A DNA stretch of 63,610 bases, counting the filler, from Folioceros fuciformis (taxonomy: Eukaryota), in the NCBI GenBank assembly GCA_049999805.1. It is 6 parts of 6 records of this genome, joined end to end, with 100 filler letters (N's around TTAATTAATTAA, not from the genome) between each part and the next. Parts side by side here need not be neighbours in the genome. Positions count along the whole stretch, not along the records: positions 21,469 to 39,384 come from JBNGIO010005080.1; 5 more parts are not named here. One strand, written 5' to 3'. A model generated the notes under the pieces. The model did no database searches, was not told the DNA's origin, and was given only the letters and a program-made list of their open reading frames with translations. Positions 23,574 to 38,026 of the stretch are shown in pieces (within the stretch, counting starts at the first letter, position 1; every line of letters begins with the position of its first letter). A program made the translations under genes and the position numbers.

Positions 23574-24833
23574 CTACCCGGACACTGACCCTGCTGCCCT
23601 TACCTTGACCCCAGCTTCCCTGACCTTGATCCAATTGCCAACTTGCAACCAAGGATCAAGGCAGTGAAGGCTTTTCCTCACAAAATTCTTGTAGGGCAAA
23701 GGGGGAAGCCAACTCCAAGCTGCATCTGCAGGGGTGTGTCGCAAATCAAAAGTCACGATCATGTCAACCTTGTCCTGCATGATGAATACTTGATCATGCC
23801 CTGCCACGACGTGGATGTCCAGGAAAGATCTGTCGCTGCGAGACCGGCCTTGCCCTCGGAAACGAATGAAGATGGGAGCGGGCATGGCGCCCACCTCCCT
23901 CCAGGTCATGCACGCCCAGTCCATTTCCCAGATCTGCAGACAAAACTCGTGAGGGATATCCGGCACCACGGCCGCGCAAAGCAGCCGGTACCGCACACCG
24001 ACGAGATTGCAGCACAAGACGTGCGAAACGTCGGGAGGCTTCCCCACAGCCACCCAGCTCCACCTGGGCTTGTCGGCCTCCAGATCGTAGACAAGCAGGT
24101 TGGTGTCCGGGGTAAGGCAGTAGAGTACGGCAGCAACAAACACACCCTGCTGCTCGGCCAAGAAGAAGTGGAAGTCCCCGCACTCGGGGATGGGGCAGCT
24201 TGTCACACTCCAGCTCCCGACCGCGGAATCGAACACAAACGTCTGGACGACATCGGCGAGATGCAGCCGCTCATCGTTCAGTGCTACCAGCTTGAAGCAG
24301 CCTGCCACGGGATCCACTAACAGGCCCCGCACATGCCAGATCCGCTGGTCTGAGTCCGGGCACGGAGGCAGGCAGGCCCAGGAGCGCAGCACCGGGTTGC
24401 CCACACACACCATTTCCATCCCACCGGATAGCCCACGGTTCGGCTGTGAGCACAAACTCCCCACCAGCACGCCCCCGCCAGTGGACGCCGGTGTGAGCTC
24501 CAGTACCCCCGAAGTCGCACTCGGCAGCTGGCATCGCAGCCAATGCGGGAAGAGGACCTGGTACCAGCGGTTGTCGGAGGAGTCGTAGGCGCAAGAGGCT
24601 AAGGCATTCCCATCCCCTGGATCGCAGAAGCCGACCACGAACAGCATCCGTTCCCGAGCTCCCGCTCGGGATTCCAGTCGCTCCTGCAAAAAATGTTGCG
24701 ATTCCACAGCCGCGTTCCATGCTTTGCATACGGCGCGCAATCGCACCAGGCTCACCAGCGGAAGCCGGGCTTGGATCTTGGCTACAACTTCATCCGGCAG
24801 CTTCCTCCCGGAATCCACCTCCTCCGCATCCAT
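23574..24833 (-). CDS. F-box protein with C-terminal kelch-like/beta-propeller region, intronless
   Basis: LPDEVVAKIQARLPLVSLVRLRAVCKAWN F-box motif; VGNPVLRSWACLPP and VFDSAVGSW repeats; 419-aa intact ORF. Confidence 0.93.
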   Translation of the reverse strand: MDAEEVDSGRKLPDEVVAKIQARLPLVSLVRLRAVCKAWNAAVESQHFLQERLESRAGARERMLFVVGFCDPGDGNALASCAYDSSDNRWYQVLFPHWLRCQLPSATSGVLELTPASTGGGVLVGSLCSQPNRGLSGGMEMVCVGNPVLRSWACLPPCPDSDQRIWHVRGLLVDPVAGCFKLVALNDERLHLADVVQTFVFDSAVGSWSVTSCPIPECGDFHFFLAEQQGVFVAAVLYCLTPDTNLLVYDLEADKPRWSWVAVGKPPDVSHVLCCNLVGVRYRLLCAAVVPDIPHEFCLQIWEMDWACMTWREVGAMPAPIFIRFRGQGRSRSDRSFLDIHVVAGHDQVFIMQDKVDMIVTFDLRHTPADAAWSWLPPLPYKNFVRKSLHCLDPWLQVGNWIKVREAGVKVRAAGSVSG

Positions 24834-25633
24834 TGGGGACCCTAGGATTTCATATTCCGGCTGACAGGCTTCAGACGCGCGGTCACAAACGGGGATAACT
24901 GAATCGTGTAGGCCCCAAGCGGAGGACAGTCAGTTGAATCGGCAGCGAAGGGAGATAAGCTTTGATGGCTACAACACCGTCCTTTGAGCATCTGTGTGGG
25001 TTGTAGCATCTGTAGACCCATTGTGTTCGGATCTCATAGTATAATTTCTGGATAAATTATATTGTGAGAACTAGGATTATCTGAGGACCCACTCATAAAC
25101 AATCACTTGGAGTACTACCATGCATCAAAGGGTCGAGAAGTTCTTTCATCACCGTTTCCTCGTTGGTTAACTTCGTCCACTATCAACGGATACTCCAAGT
25201 GCCAGCTGTGTCAGGAAAATACACTTAATCTGGGGCTAAACAAAATGGTGCTCACATTCCGTAGGGATGAAAGTGGATGAGAACGATATGCCCAATGAAG
25301 AGCCAGCCACTCCCCTTCCTTTCTCTTCGATCACGCTAGTTGTTAGTTTCGGGCACACAGATCCCCTGGGCTTGTGCTGAGCAACAAAACGCTGATAGGT
25401 ATGCTCTCGTGCTTTTATCACTTCCATACTTCTCCAGCTTTACCCCACTTGGACAATCAATCCCGGATGTCAGTTAACGCTGTACCAAAAGGTGCATGTC
25501 AAGCTAACGAGGACGCAATGGTCAGATAGGCGATTGATTTGTAAAGGATCAGGACTTGTTACCTGTTAGGCGCAGCTCCAACTTCCATTTCTCAATCTTC
25601 AAAGAAAACAGTTCCTTTGCGAATTCAGTATCC

Positions 25634-26998
25634 TCAAACAGCAGCTACGGCAGGGACCTCGGACCTGTCTCTCCGAGCCAAATGCTGCTTTAAGAAGGTA
25701 ATTCTAGCAGTCTCAAAGGCGCAGTAACCTAGAGCTGAGAAGCATGCACTGTACAAAAGGCGAGGCCCAACTCCTCTGGTCAAACCATGCCATCCTTCTT
25801 CCACCCAGATTTGGTTCAGGGTGGAGGCAAGGCCCTTGTACGAGGAAGCAGCAATTTTGGCCGTGAGCTCTGCATCAGCCCGTAACGTGGCCTGCACAGC
25901 CTCCGTACCCAACAAGACAGACTGTTTAGCTTGAGTCATGAGCCGGGTCTTGGCAACATCCAAAGGAGTCGTGAGAGCAGCAGAAATAACTCCCGCCAGA
26001 GCTCCAGACGTCACACTCTGCCACGGTTCGAGATTGGTCTGTCCAGTTCTCCTCAACCATCCTGCCTTGAGGTACTCGAAGGAAGAGAAGCTGATGACAC
26101 TGGCAGGGAGGTTTCTCGAAAGTGCTGCCGAGTAGCCAACATAAAGGCCAAGCACACCCTCCTTCTGCACGGTTCTCAGCAATACCTCCCATGATCTGCC
26201 CACTGCCCCTGCCTGCATTCTCTGCGTGATAACTTCCTTCGGCACAAGGATGGCCGAAGACACAATATTCCCCATGGCACCTGCCAGGGGAGGCACCAGC
26301 AGGGGAGGGCAAGCTGGGATCCGGGCTAGGAGAGACTTTCCAAACTCACAGGTGCCAAAGTAGACTGCAGATGAAAGGACGGAACCAAATATCACAGCCG
26401 AAATGCCGCGGTAGAATCCAAGAATCCCCTTCGCTTTCACTATCTTTATGGCCACATCCAGGGGCCCATTGTAAAATTCAGCTGCCCCTTTAGTCTGAAG
26501 CCTGGTCTTGATGGTGTCCAGAGGGTGTAGGCACGCATACGTAAATCCTCCCGCTACCCCTCCAGCAGCAGCACCGATGCCAGCTCTCTCCAATGTGGAG
26601 ATTTTCTTCATTAAAACCCTGGACTCCGAACTGGCCTGGGCAGCCCGGCTAATCCACCCTACCCCGTCGCTCCCTATGCTATCTGCATCAGCTCCTGTGG
26701 ACACAAGCTTCACAGTAGCACCAGCAAAACATGAATCCCGTCGCTTCCTCGATCTTTGATTCGAGCTGGCGCAATTTTCCCACACTGCCTTTCCAACTTC
26801 GTCGGGAAGAAATCGAAGAAGCTTGCTCTCATCGTTCCACTCGCCGTGAGCACCTTCCTCGACAGAACCGTTCCCCACCTCAAAACCGTTGACCATCTGT
26901 CCGAATCCGAGTGCAAATAAAGGACCGGACTGTTGCACAATCCGCTGGGAGAGATGCCCTTGTAGGGCACGCCACTGACGGCATTCCGAGACCGTCAT
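25634..26998 (-). CDS. MFL1: Mitochondrial-carrier-family protein, MITOFERRINLIKE1-like (probably plastid); true start uncertain
   Basis: Three carrier signatures (PLDTIKTRLQ, PKEVITQRMQ, PLDVAKTRLM); ERAGIGAAAGGVAGGFTYACLHP matches MFL1; long N-terminal extension. Confidence 0.88.
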   Translation of the reverse strand: MTVSECRQWRALQGHLSQRIVQQSGPLFALGFGQMVNGFEVGNGSVEEGAHGEWNDESKLLRFLPDEVGKAVWENCASSNQRSRKRRDSCFAGATVKLVSTGADADSIGSDGVGWISRAAQASSESRVLMKKISTLERAGIGAAAGGVAGGFTYACLHPLDTIKTRLQTKGAAEFYNGPLDVAIKIVKAKGILGFYRGISAVIFGSVLSSAVYFGTCEFGKSLLARIPACPPLLVPPLAGAMGNIVSSAILVPKEVITQRMQAGAVGRSWEVLLRTVQKEGVLGLYVGYSAALSRNLPASVISFSSFEYLKAGWLRRTGQTNLEPWQSVTSGALAGVISAALTTPLDVAKTRLMTQAKQSVLLGTEAVQATLRADAELTAKIAASSYKGLASTLNQIWVEEGWHGLTRGVGPRLLYSACFSALGYCAFETARITFLKQHLARRDRSEVPAVAAV

Positions 26999-27084
26999 CG
27001 CTGTGTTCGTTCACCACACTCACGCTGCCATCCACGTGGCCATGCAGAGGGGCTCCGCCATCGCCATGATCACGTTCTCAGTGA

Positions 27085-27093
27085 TTAGGGTTT
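27085..27093 (-). promoter_or_regulatory. Telo-box (AAACCCTAA) upstream of the MFL1-like gene
   Basis: ttagggttt on the + strand just 5' of the ATG cluster at 27067; a similar tagggttt lies at 52881 upstream of the GAUT ATG. Confidence 0.45.
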
Positions 27094-27577
27094 CAGGATG
27101 GTATGTCCGACACTGAATACAGTAAATCAGAGTGCACACGAACTCGCAAGGGGACGATGTCCGTCCTCCTCATTCGTAATAATCGCAAATCAAATTGTTT
27201 ATACGCTAGGCAGGGTTCGCCCAGAGTTGAGAGCGTAACCACCCGGTCCTCTTCGAGCTCATCAGCGTCGGTTAGGATATTAGTTGAGTGGCCTGAGGCT
27301 CATCTCTCACGCTCGCGTCTGTGAGGGGAAGATGAGAGGCTATAGCTTCACGGAACAACCTCCACAGTAGCAGAGATGAAGTGCGCAGAGCTCCTCCCAG
27401 GGCTCCAAGGGCTCTCGTATCTGCCTTGCTAAGGGCAGACGAGCCCAGGGGGATCCGATGGCGGGGCTCTGATCCCCATGGGGTGGATGTGGTTTGCCAA
27501 GGTCGAAACCATAGCTTCCACAGCCGTCATGCTGGGCAGCTGAGATTGATATGCTGCTGTACGCGTTGTGGAGGGGC

Positions 27578-29994
<2,417 letters not shown>

Positions 29995-30818
29995 AGCCTA
30001 GTATCTCAATCCAGGAGCAAATCGAAAGCAAAAGCAGAGCAAAGCGGCTGCGGGAAGCGTGCTGGCGTCAAGTTCTCCTGCTCCGGATCCCTCCCTGCTG
30101 CACTTGCTCTTGCTGCCTCTACCTGAGCTTGTTCGGCAGGCGCATTATAAGCTTCCCACCTCCCGCCCGCGCAGCATTAGTTTAATGCATCCGCGCTTTC
30201 CGGGGCTGAAGGATGAAGGAGAAGCGGAGGAGGGGGAACCAGAGCACCAAGTAGAAGAAGACGAAGCCGGAGAAGAAGATTATTAAAGCCGGCTGCTGAC
30301 GAGGTGGAGCAACACACCAGATTCCTCTCCGAAACACAAAATGAGAGCGGTGAGGCAAGGAAGACGAGGTGGGACCTCGTGGAGTCGGGCAGGGCAGGGG
30401 GCCATACGATCCGATCCGATCCTATCCGATTCCCCACTCCGCCCTCTTCGAAAAGAGCCACTGTGCGGGGGTAATGTGCAGGGAATGGAATGGAATGGAA
30501 AGGAGCCCAGAAATTTGATTGCAAGAAACAACTTAGACAACAAGGACTATATGGTTTGTGGGGTGTTAACAAGATGCACGAGGATGCGGCTTCCCGCCTC
30601 ATCGGCTCGGTCCAGCTACCAAGCCGACCAGACGAGGAAGACCAAAACAGCCCGCCCCACACTCCACCACACGGTAAGCTATTCAGCACAGCAGCGCACG
30701 AGAAGGAAGCCTTCAGTCGTCTCGTTCCCTCGGGCCTTGAGCCCACAGGCCCACAAGAAGGAAGCCCGCCCCGCAGTCACCGCCACCGCCGTGAGAACGT
30801 TACGGGGTAGCGGGGGAC

Positions 30819-30828
30819 GACACGTGGC
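30819..30828 (+). promoter_or_regulatory. ABRE/G-box GACACGTGGC about 0.83 kb upstream of the CYP707A-like ATG
   Basis: Exact ACGTGGC-type ABRE; TATA-like TTATAA at ~30145-30150. Confidence 0.45.
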
Positions 30829-31474
30829 ACCCTGGACAGCTCCGCCGCCACCTTTCTGCACGGGCTCCGTTACTCAGTCCAGGATGACAGACCGTGCCTC
30901 TGTTACGGAACGGGCACCGGCAACCGTGGTGTCCCGGTGAGCGACACGAGGGCCAAATATCACGGCTTTTGTCAAATATCATTTTTTTTAAGCTCGTGGC
31001 CCAGGGTGACGGGTTGGGCGTGCTGCCTTCACGCTTCCTTCATTGGGCCGCTGATATTTTCGATTCCAGGCCCTGTAAACAATGCCCCTTGCGGGTTTAG
31101 TTTGTTGTAGTGGGTACTCTTTGTACTAGACCACTTCTACATACCGAGCACGCGAACCACATTTCGTGCTTCCACACGGCGTCTTAATCTAGCAAGGCGG
31201 CCTGCCTGGATTTGATGTTGGCCAGTCATCTTCTTCCTTGGTGCCATGTTGTTTGTATGGAGGGTTTACCTTCGTGTCGGACATGCGTGTGTCCAACATG
31301 TTCCATGTTCCCATGATGAATATCTTTATGTGGAGTGTTTGGTACCACACTTATTTGATAGATCACATCCGCCCTTAGAACTCTTGGTGCTTCTTGTAAA
31401 GGCACCGCAAGCAATGCTTGGATTATGACAACCTAATAGCACCCACAAATGCGCAGCAACTTGGTGCCTAGATC

Positions 31475-31900
31475 ATGATAACCTACAAATGAGAGGATCC
31501 CCTATAAAGGAACTTAACCGAGATGCACAGCAAGTAGTGCCTCAACCATGATAAGCTACCACTAAGAAATAAGCTATAACCTACAAACGAGATGGTACTT
31601 TCCTCAACCATGATAAGCTACTAATAAGAGATAAGTTGTAACCTACAAATGAGATGACACTTGTCTCAATCATGATAATCTACCAATGAGAGATAAGCTA
31701 TAACCTACAAATGAGATGACACTTGCCTCAATCATGATAGTCTACCAATGAGAGATAAGTTATAACTTACAAATGAGATGGCACTTGCCTCCACCATGAT
31801 AAGCTACCAATGAGAGATAAGGTTATAACCTACAAATGAGATGGCACTTGCCTCAACCATGATAAGCTACCAATGAGAGATAAGCGATAACCTACAAATG
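31475..31900. repeat. Minisatellite, 61-62 bp unit, about 6-7 copies
   Basis: ataacctacaaatgagatggcacttgcctcaaccatgataagctaccaatgagagataag repeated head to tail. Confidence 0.95.
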
Positions 31901-32311
31901 GGTAACTTCCAAAGTGGTATAGGAGATGTCAACTCTTAGAAGTAACCCAACCTAAACCATCGAAGCAACTAAGGCCCCTACCTTCCCCAAAGATAGGAGT
32001 GATTCCATTGATGTCAGAGTGATTCTATTGACGGTCACCCCTAGGCCCCAAAATACCAGCTAATCTCCAATCTTTTTGCTTAAACCTATACTAAGGGGAA
32101 CCCACATGAACCCACATTGAGGCCTTCATGTGTGGTTATCAAATGTTTCCAAATGCGCCACAGCACAACCTTTGTTATCCCCAAATCTCTCCCCCCATTC
32201 ATAACCGTCGTTGAATTGAGCCAGAGACAAAAAATAGTGGAGCTCCGGATCAAGCCCTACCATTGAGTTTGAAGTAGTGGTTTACCCGAACTGTCATCTA
32301 AATTGAAGAGT

Positions 32312-32508
32312 GTAGTTTGCTCCTTGACTATGAGGTTAGCCATAGGAAAGACGTCTGACATCTAGCTCTTAACCTCTTTCCAATTGCTTGCACAAAGTCA
32401 CAATGAAAAGTAGTTTGCTCCTTGACTATAAGGTTAGCCATAGGAAAGACGTCTTACAGCTACCTCTTAACCTCTTTCCAATTGCTTGCACAAAGTCACA
32501 ATGAAAAA
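32312..32508. repeat. Tandem duplication of ~98 bp
   Basis: gtagtttgctccttgactat...gcacaaagtcacaatgaaaa occurs twice. Confidence 0.9.
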
Positions 32509-35119
32509 ACATATGTTGGATATTGTTGGGAGCCTTGGCATTGCATAACCTACAAAGTTCCCCCCCCCTTCAGCAACTAACAAGCCATTCCACCATTCAG
32601 CATTTGACAAACAAGTTTGAAAGAAACACCCTAAAGGATGTGAAAATTGAATATGTCTTATAGATGTCATGATAGGAACAAAGACATAAAGAGTAGCAAG
32701 TCTTGGAAAATTGTGAGGCGTTTGGGGACATCATAGGTCTTGACACCTTAGAGTATGCCATTGGTGATTTGGTCAGGACGTAAGCATTCTTTCTTGTAGC
32801 CTTTGGGGTGTTGGCTTTTTGGCCATGGATGCCTCTACTTCAACCAACTTCTTGAGTAGTTGGGTTCTCTTTGACTCCAATTTTGACCTTCGTTTTTTGC
32901 ACCAAAATTCCCTCTTTTAAGAGTCACCCCGGATAGGTTTCTCCTTACCTAGGACAGATGACAGATGAGAGTGTAGCAAAAATTAATGAATGAATGAAGT
33001 TGGATGGTGAAAAGTCCACTTGCTTACTAGGCTCCGTTTCATGTGGTCCACTAGGACAACAAAATCAGATCCCATCCAAAGATCCACAATGAGATTCACC
33101 TACAACCAGTGAACGTGAAAGTGTGAGTGAAGAAAAGTGATTGTGGAGGAGTGTAGAGGAAGGGAAGCGACCACCTCCGGAACCGGAACTCGCTAGACCT
33201 GGTGCTCCAAGATGCAACATGCGCAGGAAAAGGAGGGAAATGGAGGGCCACATGTGTAGGGCCCACCGTTGACATGGAACACGTTGACATGTGTGTAGTT
33301 GACCTTACACAAGACACCTGCATTTTGGTTATAAATGCCCGCCTTCTATACATATGCACACTATTTTGGGGCCAAAATTCGATGTGTTGACCCGGTTTCT
33401 GTGGCGGCACGTCAGAGGGAGTAGCTTCCCTGCGGATTCGGCACACCCACGGGCCAGAAGTGGTTGACTCCCGCGCTCTCCAAAAGCATCCTCGATAATA
33501 AAAAAATCATAGAAGATGTGTAAAAGGGGCCCGGGCCGGGGACCGCCCTCTTCTGGTCCCATAGCCAGCCAGGGGATTTGTGCCCATCACATCTGATCCG
33601 AGTCCCAGAACTGTCTGCTCTCCATGCCAGTTGCCTGACCGGACCTGACGTCCGATACATGGGTCGAGGACACGTGACAGCCGGAGACAGCCGCGGGCCC
33701 CGGTAGCTCAGCCCTAGCCACCGTCACCACAGAGCGTCGCCCAGCGATTCTACAACTGTAAAGCGAGTGGGGTACAGTGCGTGCGTGATCGCAGACGACA
33801 GGCTATTGGCCCGCGCGGCATCACACACTCTTCCAGGCCAGCTGTGTTGCACCCATAACCACCGCTCCAGTGGAAGTGGGCAGGAGTGGAGATGGATGAA
33901 TGAAGTGGAATGTGATGAAGTGGTTGCTTCTCTTGCTGCTACTCCACTCCACTCCTGGACTGGCCCGACCTTTGTCTTGCCTCTGCCCTCCCTGACATGG
34001 CCTTCTTTCCAGCGCGCTCGTCCCTTTCGGACACGGGCACCATCAACTCGGGTTCCGTCCATGGCACCTCGAATGTGTGTTGTCCCTGCGTGTTGCACAA
34101 CGATTTGGGCTATATCTCCCGGCTCCGGATTCATGAGGAGAGGTCAGTTTCAGATTGTACCTGCTTGGGTCAGGTTCAACTACATCAGGAGCCACAGCTG
34201 GCGATGCAGACATGATCACCTACTCCTGCATGCATGAGTTACCTGTAACCTGTCCCCACAGGCCTGCACACACAGGGCAGTGATAGCGAAAGTACACACA
34301 TTCCAGCGTCAGGAAAGCGACGTACGACAGCGTTTTTGCAAGAGCCTCGCAAGTAACGTCTACTGAAACGGGGTAGGCGAATGCTTACGNNNNNNNNNNN
34401 NNNNNNNNNNNNNNNNNNNNNNNNNNNNNNNNNNNNNNNNNNNNNNNNNNNNNNNNNNNNNNNNNNNNNNNNNNNNNNNNNNNNNNNNNTGCCGAGCCTA
34501 GAAAACGGAAACGGGCATTTTGTCATTTCAACAAGGCCGGGTTGCTGTAAACGGGAAGGAGTATCAAGTTTGACTCCTCCCGTTTCAGATGAAGACAGGA
34601 ATTAAGAGTGAGCCCGCTCAAACTTGAACACCATGCTCGGGGTTATGCAACTTCATTTGAAAAAATGAACAGCATTCATAGAGCGTCGGCGGATTTGAAA
34701 TTATGGAGACTCCCATGGCGGTGGTTGGTGGTGCTCCAAGCGAGTTCGAGAGGAAATGTGATGTCGGCGCTGCTTGGCCCTCCCCATCTGATTCTCCCTC
34801 CTTACCTCCTTGTATTTTAGACTCCCTGCACTCCATCGCTTCCTCTTGGCTACTTGCCTCTCAATTTTCTAGGAATGTACACTCAACCCCCACCACCATG
34901 CCTTCTCCTGCTTTTGCAAGGCGACCTACTTATTGCTATTCCCACCCCTCTACCAAATGGTATGCCCTGTCATGCACTTGTGCTAGCTTCCAACTTACAG
35001 CCTTTGGTGCCTACACAACCACCGAGGGTCAACTCACCGCAAGCTCATAGCTTAAAGCGGATTCGTAAGGGCATGGGCACAGGGTCGTGGGACCAATTTA
35101 ACCCAAGAGGACTATGCCT

Positions 35120-35459
35120 TGATTTGTGATCACGTAGAGCAACCAGAGCAATTTGCAGCCTTGTTTGGATCATCAAAACGCCCAAAGAACATGTAAGAAC
35201 CAATGGAAGAAGACAACCTTTGCAGCCATGGCTGCAATTTTGCGGGAGCATGGATTCACAGCCCTCGATGGGTGCAAGCTACAAAAAAGGGTGGAGCGAT
35301 ATGTCGCCAGGTAAGAAAGCAGCTGAATTTTTTAAGGAAACAAGGCAAGGGGTAATTGAGGAGGAATGTAGAGTAGGTGTCACCATTGAGGAGAAGTTAG
35401 AGGGCTTATGCCCTTACTTTGATCGAATGCATGCCATTTTTGTGAATGGCCCAACATGA
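35120..35459 (+). mobile_element. Harbinger-associated Myb/SANT-like DNA-binding protein, degenerate
   Basis: KKTTFAAMAAILREHGF / KAAEFFKETRQGV...VTIEEKLEGLCPYFDRMHAIF; frameshifted; convergent with the transposase. Confidence 0.65.
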
Positions 35460-35664
35460 TCCCACTAGACAGTTTTGAAATTGGAATACTATCTACTACT
35501 TCACTGGAGCCTCCCTCCAGTCAACCTGCAACGTTGGTTGACTATTCAGATGAGCATGCTTAGATGGTGGATGCTGAGCTTGAAGACCTTGAAGTCCATA
35601 CAGCTGAAGTGCCAACAACATCGTTAACCCAATCCCCTAAACAATCCACTCACTCTGCTGCTAC

Positions 35665-36411
35665 TCCACCACTCTCTCCAGATCCACTCACCATGTTCCT
35701 TGGGCTTTTGCGCCAGGAGAAAAGTTGTTCTATCTATGAGCCCAATGCTACCTTCAAACCCCAAAGCTGCAAACCTCCTAGACAAAATGGAGCGCTCATG
35801 TTGGTTTGGCCATTGTATGTATGGTGAAAGCACATTGTCAAGAGCCAATAGACATCTTCGAGTGAAGTTCACCACACTTCCTATGCTAATCCCCCATTGC
35901 TATAACACTAAGTGAATAGATATTCCATTTTCTAAATGGCCTAGTCTATCAAGATATGTGGCTAGCTGGAGACACACAAGAGACTGACTTAGGGGAGCAT
36001 TATTTTGAAATACAGCGTGAGATGAGATCATGTCTACCAAAGAGAAGAAGGAATGTTGATCCATTCTAGTCATATGCCAAAAGGATCTTTGACACATGTC
36101 ATGTTGGAAAAGATATGAGGCATATTGCGAACATTTATCAAGCGTGTCCTAGTTGCCAAATATCTTTCCTCTTTCCTATTCCAGGCAAGAGTAGAACTGC
36201 AACCACTGAACACCAAAGCATCATCACTGAATGAATCACTATAATTAGAGAAAAGATCGACTTCAAACTACATTGGGCTAATAGTGGAAACCTGACCAAC
36301 ATGGTATGTAGGAACTTCTAGGAGCACTAAATCATTTGCCATTATGAAGCTCAAATCAACTGTTTGGGCCACTACCTCCAAAAGTTGTTGTCGATGATTC
36401 ACACGTGGCAT
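35665..36411 (-). mobile_element. PIF/Harbinger transposase (DDE_Tnp_4-like), N-terminal half only
   Basis: FWHMTRMDQHSFFSLVDMISSHAVF...LQLATYLDRLGH..NG / VNFTRRCLLAL...YIQWP...GFEGSIGLIDRTTFLLAQKP (first catalytic D, DGT altered to DRT); ends abruptly. Confidence 0.85.
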
Positions 36412-36478
36412 ATTGAAAATGTGGTGCCAAAGCGTCATCGACACGTGGCATATTGAAAATGTGGTGCCAAAGCGCAAG

Positions 36479-37332
36479 TGTGGCGGCAAAACCCCGAGCA
36501 CTATCTGCCAACGGGTTCGACCTTTAGTGGCCACACTCATCCCACTATCGTTGAGACATTGGGTTTTGTTCCCACGAAGGAGCGATGGGGTTCCTCACTG
36601 CTATGGATGGAGGGTTGGACTTAATAGATTCGTTGACGAATTCGAGGGCTCCCCTCCAGCTCCGATCAGGCGTGGGACAGTCCTCATTGTGCAATAGTCA
36701 ATTGCACCTCTCTCGGTGCCCACAAATGCACTCCAGTCCCTACAACGACACTGACCTCTCAGATTTTTGCGACTTTCCTCACTCACTCACTCCAGCACCA
36801 GCAACAACACCACTACCTTCTACACTTCCCTATTGACTCCCCCACTTGGCAAGAGTCACTAGACTAACCCCAAAGGAGAGCATGACACCACCCATGATCC
36901 TACTAGACACCATGCAAGCATGGTCAGCACTCACTCTAGCCCTGCAAGGAAACGAGAATGATAGATCATGAGGACACGACATGGAGAGCACGATCAAGAA
37001 TTAAAGGGACCCCGCCCTTAACCCTGGTCACCACTTCTCAAAGCTTTACCAGACGCTACACACATGCACAGCCAGCATACACTATTGTATCCAAGCAGGA
37101 ACAGCCTAAGAGAGATCGCAAAGTGACCACCCGCCTCCTACAAGCTCACTCAATCTTATAGGAGCCTCTCTCTCTCTTACCTCACCTCTCTCTAGCTTGA
37201 CAATTATTATTTTAATAAGACCACTAGCCTAGCCGATTGTCACCAGCCACTTATTTAGACTTTTCTAGTACATCCTACCGCCTGCCGCCAATATTGATGA
37301 GCTGGCCCTACAACCTGCTAACCCTACCACCA
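36479..37332. mobile_element. Putative solo LTR-like insertion with 4-bp target-site duplication CAAG
   Basis: caag|TGTGGCGG...TACCACCA|caag; TG..CA ends and a TGTGG start like the units at 2192, 2924, 18845 and 19786. Confidence 0.5.
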
Positions 37333-37714
37333 CAAGTATCCACCACCTATTAAACTATTATAAGACCTTGATGGATGCCTGATCTTCAAAGATCTTGCAG
37401 ACGCCGCCTCTTTCTTCTTAGATGGTTGCCCGCAAAGCCTTCCCCTACAACTGTTCCCTTTGGTGGTTGAGCCTGCCTCTATGGGAGAAGTATGAGTAGT
37501 GGGAGAAGATAGGGAAGAGGTGAGAAGTTGGATCAGCAGCCAGAACAAGGCTTGAAATTGACAGCTTATTTAGCAAAATCGGTTTCCAGCTGAAACGGTT
37601 CCTCGGCCATCGAAAACTGATACTAGGGTCCCATGACAGTTCAAACTGTCAACTAAGTGAGGTAGGTAAGGGTTATACTTTCTAGAATTATCTCCCAAAA
37701 AATAGCAAAAAGAA

Positions 37715-37763
37715 AATAATAATAATAATAATAATAATAGTAATAATAATAATAATAATAATA
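37715..37763. repeat. (AAT)n microsatellite
   Basis: About 16 units with one variant. Confidence 0.97.
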
Positions 37764-38026
37764 AAGGAAATGGGAAAAAGGGAAGGGAGATGGGACGGGC
37801 ATCGTACGGCAGCACCGCGGGCGCGCTGGGCAAAATGGGCAGCGGGGCAGAGAAGGAGGGTGGAGGGGGGGAATCACAGCAGCGCTGCTGTGGCGCTGCG
37901 GGTTGGACCATATCAGCGGCAGCGGGGCTAGATCTTGCTCGGCAGGCTAGGTGGGCAACAAATCCAATGTGCCAGGATGAGCTGATTCCACCGTGCGGGG
38001 CTGAGGATGGACTGAAGTTGGAAACT

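Noticed and set aside
27245..27272. Minimal hammerhead ribozyme on the minus strand (CTGATGAGCTCGAAG)
   Set aside because: The GAAA core is GAAG and convincing stems I and III are absent
32540..32580. Minus-strand polypurine tract with a possible LTR start
   Set aside because: No partner LTR, TSD or recognisable pol sequence nearby
33720..34390. ORFs of 136-156 aa before the gap
   Set aside because: No recognisable domain or consistent exon structure
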